A DNA stretch of 63,498 nucleotides, counting the filler, from Reticulomyxa filosa (taxonomy: Eukaryota > Protista > Foraminifera), in the NCBI GenBank assembly GCA_000512085.1. It is 15 parts of 15 records of this genome, joined end to end, with 100 filler letters (N's around TTAATTAATTAA, not from the genome) between each part and the next. Parts side by side here need not be neighbours in the genome. Positions count along the whole stretch, not along the records: positions 23,658 to 27,034 come from ASPP01010343.1; positions 27,135 to 34,431 come from ASPP01001177.1; positions 34,532 to 42,291 come from ASPP01026647.1; 12 more parts are not named here. One strand, 5' to 3'. The notes beneath the pieces were generated by a model, which was not told where the DNA came from, searched no databases, and saw nothing but the letters and a program-made list of their open reading frames with translations. Shown here piece after piece: positions 25,391-37,285 of this stretch (positions are counted from its first letter, which is position 1; every line of letters starts with the position of its first letter). A program made the translations under genes and the position numbers.

Positions 25391-25934
25391 TTGATTAAAG
25401 ATATTGTTGTGCAATGGACAGGTGGTCCTTCTCACTTTGCTGGAAACTTCAGAGATGGCAAAATACTTGTCCGATTAATAAATACCATCTCTCCTGGTTG
25501 TCTTAAAGACAAAGACATGAATTTGAAATCGAATTTGGTAAATGAAACAATTTTCACTGCTCGAATTGGCAATACAACAGAGCCTTGAAAGAAAAATTTC
25601 CGAAATTTGGTGAAAATTGTGTTATTACTGAAATTGGTAAGAATTGTGTTTTTTTACCTTCTTCTTTCTTCATACGCATACTTACAACTTGTGAAAATAT
25701 AAAATAATTGAAAAGATTTGGCAAGTGGTCGTGATGTAGTTGGACCATTGGATCGCATTTATTTGTTTGGTGTCATGTGCCAACAACACAGCATTGAAAA
25801 TGCAAAAGGCGGAATCAAACCAAAGGCAAACGTTGGAAAGTCCTTTTAATTTGAGGGACAATATTCAATATATTCAGGCAAAATTTTTACTTGATGCTTT
25901 TATTCATCACTTCCCTCAAAGTTTTTTTGAGTAA
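25391..25934 (+). pseudogene. Calponin-homology (CH) domain-like fragment, disrupted
   Basis: FAGNFRDGKILVRLINTISPG matches the CH type-3 motif (L.DG..L..L.N...P). The frame is interrupted downstream. Confidence 0.45.
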
Positions 25935-26593
25935 AAATAAACAATGAACGAACCAAACATTGGACAGAAATTTCTTTTTTTTCGTGTGCTTTTTTTTTAT
26001 CACTTTGTTTTCTGATTGTTTTGATGTAAACAAGCTCTACATTTTTTTAATGAGGGAAAAAAAGGGGGCCACTTTCGAGCTATTTGTTACTCTAAGTTGT
26101 ATCATAACACAAAATCTAATTTCAATGTGTTGGTACATTCAATAATGCATAAAAAAGACTTATTCTATTAATTGCAAGCTAAACATTTTATTGAAAATTC
26201 GATACTGGCATAATTGTTCATCATTTGACTTTTTTGTGTTTCTAGTCTTTCGTTATTGCATCGTCGTTTATTAAATCTAAAATATTTCAAGTTTAGGAAA
26301 CACACAATTTTGTTTATCAAACTATGCAAGGAGATGATATTTTTAAAATTAAACTATTATTACAAAATAACTTCGACATGTATATGCAATATCATATTTG
26401 CAACTTCAGCAAATTTGTATTTGATATTGAAATATTAAATGTAAGACAATAATTAACTTATTCGCTTGTAAATATCTCATAAAACCATAATTGACGTCAT
26501 TTCTGAGTATTTCTTCATATAATCTATTTCTTTTTATTAAAATCACTATTTCAGTTCTTTATAGTTCTTTATAGTTCTTTACAGTTAACTAAA

Positions 26594-27034
26594 ATGAATA
26601 ACCAAAGTTCACTTACACCATCTCCACAAAGATCCGATCGAACAGAACCGTTATCGTCTTCATCGGATAGGTCATTGTCACAAGATATTGACAACCAAGA
26701 ACAATCTCCAACAAAAACAGTGATTCTATCGGATACGGAATCTTTATCTAGTCGTTCATCCGGATCTTCTCGTTCCCGGTCACCAGATAAATCGGATATA
26801 TCTGTAAATTTATTAAATAAATTTGAGGACGAGCAAGCATCAGCCACACTACCTCGCCCCTTGCGACAGCTAGCGCCATTTCCCGACGAATTTAAAAATA
26901 ATTTTCAATCAAACGATCGCTTAATGGAACAATCAAATGATCAAGTAATGGAACAACCAAGTGATCAAGTAATAGAACAATCGATTGAATCAATGGAACT
27001 GTATAACAAAAAATATATAGAGCAATCATCAGAT
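26594..27034 (+). CDS. 5' part of a hypothetical Ser-rich protein with short MEQSNDQV-type repeats; cut by the linker
   Basis: Open frame from an ATG to the contig end, with 24-bp imperfect repeats at ~26922-26997. Confidence 0.55.
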
Positions 27035-27134
27035 NNNNNNNNNNNNNNNNNNNNNNNNNNNNNNNNNNNNNNNNNNNNTTAATTAATTAANNNNNNNNNN
27101 NNNNNNNNNNNNNNNNNNNNNNNNNNNNNNNNNN

Positions 27135-28162
27135 AAAACTATGACAGTAAACAAATGCACGATAAGGCAATTGAGCACTATGAAAAAGCATTGAAAATAA
27201 GATTGAATATTTTTGGGACAAATCATTCAGATGTTGCTTGGTCGTATTATAAGTTGGGAAGTTCCTATAATAATAACAATCAGTGGGATATTGCTATTCA
27301 ACATTATCAACATGCACTGAATAATGGATTTGGTGACACCAAATTGATACAGATTAGCATTGCCAACTCGTACAATAACATAGGAAATTTTTACTATAAG
27401 GCAAATCGATACAATGAAGCTATTGAAAATTATGAAAATGCATTAAAATATGGATTAGATAATGCCAACTCGGCGCAGGTTAATGTTGCTAACTCATACA
27501 ATAATTTAGGAGAAGATTATGAAAATAAAAAAATATACGATAAGGCAATTGAATACTATGAAAAAGCATTGAAAATAAGGCTGGATATTTTTGGAACAAA
27601 TCACCCAGATGTCGCCTGGTCATATCATAATTTGGGAAAATCCTATTACTACAATAACCAACCTGACAAAGCCATTGAACACCATGAAAAAGCTTTGAAA
27701 ATAAGATTGGACATTTTTGGAACTAATCACGTACATGTTGCCGATTCCTATAATAATTTAGGTATTCCTTATTACGATAACGGACAATACACCAAAGCAA
27801 TAGAGTATTACGAAAAAGCATTGGAAATATATTTACCTATTATTGGAACAAATCATCGAAGTACCGCCAATTCGTATAATAATTTAGGACTTGCCTATGC
27901 CAGCAGTAAACAATATGACAAAGCTATTGAACACCATAAAATAGCATTGAAGATAAGGAAGGAACTATTTGGAGACACAGATAAGTTAGTTGGTGATTGC
28001 AATTGGAGTTTGGGAGTAGCATTCGAAAACAAAAAAGAAACGAAAACAGCTTTGGAATATTATAAAGAAGCATATACAATCTACAGTAAGGTATTGGGAG
28101 AGTCACACACAGATACATTAAAAGCAAAAACAAAAGTTAATAAAATGGGGGGGATAGTTTAA
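27135..28162 (+). CDS. TPR (42-aa, kinesin-light-chain-type) repeat protein, 3' part
   Basis: Tandem units of YDKAIEYYEKALKIRLDIFGTNHPDVAxSYNNLG. Confidence 0.92.
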
Positions 28163-28340
28163 AGGATGGTGACAAAATAATGGACACGTGTTTGTGCCGA
28201 TTTTTTTTCTTATAAAGTGAATTTATTTGCATCATCTTATGTAGTCCCTTTCTTTATAAAATAATAAAAGGCATATGACACGCAATGTCCTTGCATATTT
28301 GTTTTGCCAAACATGCAAATAATAAAAAAGAACAAATCAA

Positions 28341-30560
28341 TTAATCACTCAAAGTTTCCACTTTTTCTTTTGAGTTTAATGTTTCTGTATCCCACTCTCC
28401 TAATACTTTACTGTATATTTTCCATGATTCTTCAAAATATTTACATGCATTTTTATTTTCTCCTGTAATTTGAAAAATGATCCTAAATTCCAACAAGAAT
28501 CAGCAGTATCTCTATCCATGTTCTTACATAGTTTTTTTCTTATTTTTAATGCATTTTCATAACATTCAATTGCATTAGAATAAAATCGTTTTTCTTTATA
28601 ATTAATTGCTAAATCTTCATATGTCATAGCAACATCAATATGATAATATCCAAGAGTATTTAAGTTAATTTCTAATTCTTTTTGATAACATTCAATTGCT
28701 TCATCATATTGTCCTGCATTAGAATAAGAAACTCCTAAAATATTATATGATAATGCAACAATATAATGATTAATTCCAAAAATATCTAATCTAATTTTTA
28801 ATCCTTTTTTTTGATATTCAATAGATTTATCATATTGATTATTTCTATTATATGATCTACCTATATTAGTATATATATTTGCAGTCCAAGGATGATTCAT
28901 GCCAAATACATTCAAAGAAATTGTTAATGCTTTATTATAATATTCAATCGATTCGACATATTCTTTTTTTTCTCTATATACAGATCCTAAATAATTATAT
29001 GAATCAGCAACAAAAGGATGATTTAATCCAAAAGTATTAATACAAAGTTGTAAATGTTGTTGTGAATGAAATAATGCATCTTCAAATATATTTTCTTGTA
29101 AATATTGCTGTTGTTTATCTATAAGATTTTGTAATGTCACTGGAATATTATGATGTATTTCCATATCCCATTGAATAGGTATAATTGATTGTTTTAATTC
29201 TTGTTGATTAATTATAGTATTCTTTGTAATAAAAAATTGTGTTGTAATTTGTATATTTCCTTGTAATTTAATATCACAATCAATTGCATATATATTTCCA
29301 TCAATAATTATATTATCATTTAATATTATTAATTTTCTTTTTATTACATACATCCAATATTCTTCAATTTGTTTTTTTTCAATATTATTATCATTTATCA
29401 ATATATTAAATGAATTATCATTTACTTCATTTTTATTAAAATGTAAATTATTTGTGATAATAATTAAACCTTGTTCATTTTTATTGATCATATCTTTTAC
29501 TATTTTTGCTGCTTCTACATTTGCTTTTATCCAATGTACACTCCAATGTTTTTTAAAATCTAAAGTTTCCAATGATACTTTTGTTTGCTCTTTATCTATT
29601 TTTAATTTTATCTTTGTATGCTTTGTCATAATAATATCTTTATTATCTTTACCTCCAAGAATATGTACATAATACATATTATTACTATTACTTAATATTG
29701 TAGCATAATCAAATAATGATATTGGTAAAATATTATTCAATTTCATCCATTGATTTTTTTTTAAGTGAATATTGATATATAATATTTGAAATAACTGATT
29801 TAGAAGAATCAGAATTATTCCATTCTCCAAAAAATAAAATCATATCATCATTTACATATACACATGAATATCTTTTCAATAATGAAATATCATCACAAAT
29901 AGATATTTTATGAAATTGTAATGTATTATTATTTTCATTATAATTAATAATTAATCCTGTATTTTTATAAAATAATATCATTTCATTTTTATTTTCTGTT
30001 TTTGATATGAAACTATGATAAGATATCCAATTTTCTTCAGTTAAAAAAGTATTATTATAGATATATTGAAAAGTATCTAAATTAAATATACTAATATTTT
30101 GAGGAGAATAAGTAATAAATAATAAATAATTATTACTTCCACCAATAATAGCACGTGCTCCTTCATAATTACCTTTATCAATATAAATTAATGTATTATT
30201 ATTATTATCTTTCAAAGGTATCCATTCATTGACATATTCATTCTTTTTATCATTATTCCAAACACTTGTATAATTCATTATTAATGTATGTTTAAATAAT
30301 CCACCAAAAGATAATAAAGTTATTTTATTGTTATTATTTGTAATATCTAACACACAATGTCCATGTAAAATAACATCTTTTGGATAAGAACAAATCAACT
30401 TGTATTGATTTCGAATTGTATGATAAGAATAACATTCATTCGTTTTGTTACCTCCACAAGTGAGGATTTCTTGTTTATAAGCTATGCATTGAGCTTGAAA
30501 GAATGGAAGTGGTAAAGGTGCCAAAGTTTCAAAGGGGGTTAGGTTGTTTGTAGTATTCAT
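28341..30560 (-). pseudogene. Kelch-like + unknown domain + TPR gene with two frameshifts
   Basis: The Kelch ORF (30560-29733) shifts at an A-run (~29755) into 29830-28400. A second 1-nt shift near 28480 restores ITGENKNACKYFEESWKIYSKVLGEWDTETL...*, matching the paralog C-termini. Confidence 0.75.
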
Positions 30561-31055
30561 CTTTTAATCTTTATTATTTGGTTTTTTTAAAGTTTTTTTG
30601 TAAGGGGACGAATTTCATTTTGAATCATAGTACTTACTCTCTATTGGAGATAAAATATAATTCATTTGATTTATCCATACATATGACACTTGTAGCAGAT
30701 TCTAAAGAATGAAAAATTAATACAATATTTTTAATGAATTTGCGAATACAAGGAGACACAAAAGTTCAAAGTTTATGTTTTAATCCTTCAAATTTTTCTT
30801 TATTTTTATATTAAATGGCTACTACGGTACCACAATTTGGTAAGCTGTCATCACATATACCTTTATTAAACAAATGCTAAAACAACAAAATGATTAAAGA
30901 ACGAGGGACAGTATTGCGAAAAAAAAAACAAAGTTCAGTTGATGCTTTGGATTGGATAATAACATAATTGCTACAATTGACAAACAAACAAAAGAATAAA
31001 GTACTGTAAATAAGTTTTCTCTGCAAAGAAATGATTGAATATTACAAAATGTTTT

Positions 31056-32546
31056 TTATTCTCTCACAACTCTTTTATTAACATTTTTTGCTTTCCTTTT
31101 TGCTTGTAATGTCATGCTATCCCATTCTCCCAGCAATGTATTATACACCTTCCATGCTCTTTCAAAATAGTCACACGCTGTTTTATAGTTCTCCAGCCTT
31201 TCAAATTCTATCCCTAAAGTCCAAAATGAATCAGCTACACCTTCATAATTAAATCCGAAAATTTCTAACTTAATTTGCAATGACTTTTCATGATATTCAA
31301 TTGCTTTGTTGTATTCACTTTTAAGTTGATAAATTTTCCCTAATTTATCATATGAAAATGAAACATCTATATGTTTGGCTCCAAAAATTGCAACTCTGGT
31401 TTCTAATGCCTTCGTATGATATTCAATTGCTTTTTCGTATTGTGTTATCGCATCATAAGTATAACCCAAGTTTTCATACAAATGAGCAACAAAATTACAA
31501 TGAGTTCCAAAAACATTCAATAGAATTTGTAATACTTTTTCATAGAATTCAATTGTTTTATTATATTGTCTTTGATAACAATAAACATTTCCAATTAAAT
31601 TATATGCAATTGCAACGTAATGATGATTCGAGCCAAAGTCATCAATTGCAATTTGCAAATATTGTTGCCAGCAAACAGCAGATTCATTAAATAATCTTAG
31701 TTCTATATATTTTTCTCCTTCATCATCGAGAGTTTGAAATTGTATTGGAATATCATGATGTATTTTTGTATTCCATTGAATAGCTGAAATTGATTGTTTT
31801 AATGTTGTATCAATTGTTGCATTCTTTGTAACAAATAACTGGGTTGTAATGTTTACAGATCCTTTGCATTGAAGCTCACAATCAATAGCATATATATTTC
31901 CATCAATATGGATATCTTCCAATATAATCACTCTTCTTTTTATTACATACATACAATATACTCCAAATTCTTTTATATCGTTCTCCTTGCTGTTTACCAA
32001 ATTGGAAATTGAAGAAAGATTATCTCTTCTATTTTTCCATTTCAATGTATTGTATGCGATAACAATTAATCCTTGTTCATTACTTTGTATCATTTGTTCA
32101 ACTTTTTTTGATGCTTCCGCATTGCATTTTCTCCAAAACTTATTCCAATGCTTCTTGAAATCCAATGGCTCTGGGATTTCTTCTTTCTCTCTTGTCAATT
32201 GTTCGTTTTCTTTCACTTTTGAGATGCCTTCTATTTGATATCAAATGTCTTTTCTTATGGTCCAAAGGTAACATTCGCTATTAAGATATTTTACAAAATT
32301 ATAAAAAATGAAACCTGATTGGACTTGAATAGTAAAATACACTGGATCTTTTTTAAATGCTTGAATCACACTTTCATCTGTTTCAATTTGACAACCATCT
32401 CCATCAATTATTGCTAGCAGTACTTCGTCTGTCTTCTTTGGAGTGACTTGAATCACTTGCTCCTTTAAATGTTTCATCGTCAGTTCTGACAATATTATCA
32501 TATGTGATTTTCCTCCAGCATTAACATACGCTTTAAACGAAATCAT
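31056..32546 (-). CDS. PB1/ubiquitin-fold-like N-terminal domain + unknown domain + TPR repeats
   Basis: Exon 1 MISFKAYV...IIDGDGCQIETDESV has an acidic OPCA-like motif. A phase-1 intron is followed by the LDFKKHW...IDGNIYAIDC domain and about 5 TPRs. Confidence 0.8.
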
Positions 32547-33095
32547 TCTTATGAGATGATGACTAATTGAACTTTTTTAAACATTTTTGCTGAGGAATCT
32601 TTAGGGCAGTACTCCCAACTTTTTGGTATGCTTTGGAAGTAATAAACTATCTTTGTAAAATTTCAATCTGCTCTTTTTTTAAAAATAATTAAATAATGCT
32701 TTAACACATCAATGCCAAAGTTGTATTTACTTAAATCGACCCTAAATTTGGATGGGCTAAAAACTACAAAATTATTATAAATATGTAAAATAAAAAAAAT
32801 TTAACTGCTTGAGGATAGGTCAAAAACAACTAGTGCATTGGCACAGTTTATGTCTATCTTGTAATAACAGTAAAATTAAGTGAAGTTCAGCATACAAATG
32901 CAATGTAACAGAAGAGAAATATAATTTTATTTGCTTCAACTGATTCTCAGAATGTTTTAATTGACAAAGTGGAATGTCTTGAAAATTTTTTTAAAGTTAT
33001 TTCTTGCTGAGTGCTGAAGAATCCCCCTTGGAAAAAAAAGGGCATCCCTTTTCAAAAAAATTTATTCTGCTCAATAGTTCCTCGACATTGACAAC

Positions 33096-34431
33096 ATGAG
33101 TAGTCAAACTTTTCAAAGTTTGAAGGAGTTACCTACTCCACTTTCTGACCCTCAATGTGTGTTACACAATCACGAAATCCTTATTTGTGGAGGTAAATGT
33201 AAAAGCGTTTGTTATTCTTATCATATACTCAGAGACGAATACAAGTTTATCTGTTCGTATCCAAATGATATCACATTAGAAGGACACTGTGTAGTGAAAT
33301 TAGTGGATAACAACAGCAAAAATAGCAATGAAATCACTTTGTTGTCTTTTGGTGGAAATAAATATAAACATACATTGGTGATGAAATATGTAAGTGTTTG
33401 GAGTAATAATAATGATAATCAAATCAATAAATCAAAAAAATTAAAAAAATCAAACAATTACAATGAATGGATTCCTTTCACAGATAATCATAGTAATCAA
33501 ATTCACATTGGAAAAGATGAAGATGAATATATTGGAGCGCGTGCAGTAATTGGTGGAAGCAATAATCATTTGTTATTTATCACGTATTGGAAAAATAACA
33601 TTAGCGTGTTTGATTTAAATACATTTCAAATTATCAAGCATGATACGTTACCAATTAAAAATGAAATATCTTATCATTGTTTTGTATCAAAATCAGAAAA
33701 TGGACAAGGACAAGAAATAATGAAAACAAATCAAGAAAAAAACAATATTAAAAAGAAAAAAAGTTACAAAATGCTATTATTTTGTCAAAAGACAGGACTA
33801 TCAATTGAATATAATGAAAATAAAAACACTTTTCGATTTCATAAACTACCTATTTGTAGTGATATTGCAACATTCCATCATTATGCATATGTGTGTGTTA
33901 ATGATTCCATATTGTTCTTTGGTGGATATGGTAAGAAGGCCGCTTCAAAAGCGTTGCACAAGTATTCAATGCAAGAAAAAACATGGACTACAATTGAACA
34001 TACTTTTCTAATTCCATTTAGAGATTACTTTGGAATATTGGATGAAGACGGTACTCACATGCATATAATTGGGGGAAGAAATGACGACGACATCTCAGTA
34101 TCAACACATATAAAGACAAAAGTGATGGAATTGATGCATAAAAAGACTTTACAGTTGGTTAGATTCCTTTCAAGTTTCAGAGCTATCTTGATTTGCAATG
34201 AACACAAATAAATTTTATTATATCAAACAACTAACAGTCAAAAAATGAAATCAAGCTTAGCATTCAACACTGGATTCGAATTTTAAAGATAAAATTAGGA
34301 TGGGTCAATGATTTCAACAAAATTATTTTTAAATATGTTAATTAATATTTATACACACATATACATATATATATATATAAATGATCACTATCATATAGCT
34401 TACATCTTTAAATAGGTAAATGGTATTGAAT
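33096..34431 (+). CDS. Kelch-like propeller + linker exon, truncated by the contig end (probably continued into a repeat domain)
   Basis: Paralog of 5119-6210 (HEILICGG, GHCVVK, RAVIGGSNNHLLFIT, ILFFGG). Mini-exon 34238-34336 reads SKNEIKLSIQHWIRILKIKLGWVNDFNKIIFKY. Confidence 0.85.
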
Positions 34432-34584
34432 NNNNNNNNNNNNNNNNNNNNNNNNNNNNNNNNNNNNNNNNNNNNTTAATTAATTAANNNNNNNNNNNNN
34501 NNNNNNNNNNNNNNNNNNNNNNNNNNNNNNNATATATACACATATATACACATATACATAAAGATATTAAGTTGGATATCTCCA

Positions 34585-35297
34585 ATGAAACGAGAAGGAG
34601 CCACTGGCACTCTATTATTTCGAGATAATAATACAATTTGGTGTGGCAATGTTGGTGATTCGAAAGCGGTGTTAGCTCGTCGTGATATTGAAAACGGCAA
34701 ATTAAAACCATTGCAACTGTCAAAAGATCACACCGTATTACAACTCTCCGAAGTTCGACGTGTGGAGGCTTGTGGAGGTCATGTTGCAAATGGTCGTGTC
34801 AATGGAATATTAGAAGTCACTCGATCTTTTGGTGATCCTGAATTTAAAAAATATGGAGTCATTTCTGTACCACGTTAGTTTTCTTTTTATTTTTTTTTTA
34901 AATGAAAATAAAAATATCTTTATAACTCTGTTTGTTTAAAATTGAACAGAAATCTCAAAGTTTCAAATCACAAACAGAGATGAATTTGTAGTTGTTGCAT
35001 GTGATGGGTTGTGGAGTGTTTTCAGTATTGCTGATTGCATCAAATTTGTTAATGAAAAACTTAATCACAAATCTCAACCTGATGTTCGAGAAGTGGTTCG
35101 ACAATTACGTTATGTTCTCTTTTTTAAAAAATTTATTTACTTACTTATTTATTATTATTATCATTATTATTATTTATTTGTTTGCTTGTTTTTGTTTGAC
35201 TTGCTCATCGCATTTTTCAGTCGCAGAAGCCATTTTAAACAAACAAGCCAAAGACAATGTCTCCGCCATTATCATCCGCTTCAAACATGCGAAATAA
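34585..35297 (+). CDS. Protein phosphatase 2C (PPM family), C-terminal part
   Basis: GATG...CGNVGDSKAVL, LSKDH, E..RV...GG, GRVNGILEVTRSFGD, FVVVACDGLWSV, AKDNVSAIIIRF; three exons. Confidence 0.92.
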
Positions 35298-36535
35298 TCA
35301 CGTGCTTTTTAAACACTGGATTTTCTTGGCATTACCCAAATCTCAAAATTTTTTGGAGCTGCATAACAATTTAAATGTTTGAAGTTTTGGAAGATTTTCT
35401 TTATTATTTTGAAAAATATTGCAATGAAACATAGTTGAAAGTCTTTTGCAAAAATGTGTCATTATCACTGTTTTTGAACCTGAATTTATTGCTCACAATG
35501 AAATATATTAACAAAGAAATTTAAATCCATCCATCAAGATTATTTGTCAAAAATATGTCATCAACATTGTTCTTATGGCATGCTCATGTTTGTAGCATAC
35601 AAACAATCGAAACATATTTGACTCTAAGTTCAAAATTCAAATATATTTGCTATGATTTTTGAATATAAAAAAGATATTATTGATTCAAACTTCCATTTGT
35701 TAATAATAAAAATTAACTTTGTAAAGAAAAAAATGTTTTGATAACAGTATATATAAATTCTCAAACTAGAAAAACTGTTAAGTCATGATGTCTTGATATT
35801 GTTCTAAGCTCAATAACAGAACAAATGAGCGAAAAAACTGTCATATTTCTTGAATACAACGAAACATGACAGAAAAAAAAATTAAAAAAATGGAACTAGA
35901 CCCTTTTGGGGGACTGTTCCAACTTTGTAAATTTTGCCAAAACACAAACTGAAAAGAAATTGTAGCAAAAAGAAAAGCGAAAATCAAAAGACAAAACTAT
36001 TACAATCTACTTCACAGTTGGGCTTTAAATCATTTTCAAGAGCTTTCGGCGAATTTCATTTGTTTTACAAAATTTAAACAATTCAGCATATTGGCTTTAC
36101 ATTTATTTTTGTCTTACAATACTACTGTCTTTGTCACTTCATGAGCAAAAGCTTGCAACAACAAAAAAGCAAAAAATGATTTCATAGCAAATACAGCCAC
36201 ATTAACGAGCACAGTGGCATATAATGGAATAACATTATTATTTATACAAACAAAAAATGATAAAATTTGCAGTGTTTATCGATTTGATTGCAATTATGAT
36301 GATATAAAACACATTTGGAGAAAACTAACAATACATTCAGTATGTCCATTAATATACCCTATTCGTTAGATTTTTTTCAACAAAATTCTAACGATTATTT
36401 TTTTGTTATGCTAACAAAAGAAAATACATAACAATGATGACGATCTCAGTTCACACTAATACCAATAGAAATTGTGTTTTGAGCTATCAATCGTAGTAAA
36501 TATTCAAGAGGTTATGCAGTTATCCAGCAACTGAA

Positions 36536-36900
36536 GTGAATACAACAGAATGTGAAATCAATAGTAAAATATTAAAGGAAAAAGAAAATGCAATGTTGTT
36601 GAAATGGATAGCAAAAGAAAGTCGTCGCAAACGATGGAAATTACTATTTCGAGTAAGTAAAGATTGGTTTGATTCAAATTCTTTTCATCGAAAGTACGAA
36701 AATAATCACTGTTGTCATTGTTCAGTTTTATGGAAACGTGTTTGGAGGGTAAGTCCAAAAACAGTTTTTCTGTCACAAAAAAAATTACAGTCAAAAACAA
36801 ATAATACACAAAACAATGTATACATCTGTCGTCTGGTCAAGCGCTGGTTTGTATCGAAATGACACTGATGCGTCCATATTCTGTTAAGAAGTGTTTACGA
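36536..36900 (+). pseudogene. TLDc-domain-like fragment, degraded
   Basis: LLKWI...RWKLLFRVSKDWFDSNSFHRK matches the start of TLDc (W.LLYR.S.DGF....FH..C). The frame breaks before the GNVF motif. Confidence 0.6.
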
Positions 36901-37285
36901 ACAAAAGGGTAAATATACTTGCAGGAATCAAACAATCCTGTTGCCCTTTTTGAGAAAAAGGTAATTGATTCTATAGTGTCAGTAGTTCAAAAAAATATCA
37001 ATATAAATCTATTTTATGAATGTGATGATTTTATGCTTTAATTTTTTTAATTCAATGTCTAATTCGAGTTGATGTATACTGAAACTTAAATTATTTATAT
37101 TTAACTTTTCTTCAATCAAAGTCAATATGACCTGTATAAACATTCAGTTAATCTCGGTCGTGTACATAAATGAGAAAGAGATTCGATCAATTTATTCCTT
37201 CTCTGCAACAAAAAAGACTTTTGGCGGTTCAAGTGGACCTTTTTTTTTTCCCTTCCTCTTGCTTTTTTACTCTGGTGAATAAAAA

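Noticed and set aside
26550-26586. 10-bp tandem repeat (AGTTCTTTAT)x3 just upstream of an ATG
   Set aside because: Short slippage repeat; no evidence for a regulatory role.
27155-28162. Regular 126-bp periodic repeats, possibly a CRISPR-like array
   Set aside because: They are in-frame degenerate TPR coding repeats, with no invariant repeat/unique spacer structure and no cas genes.
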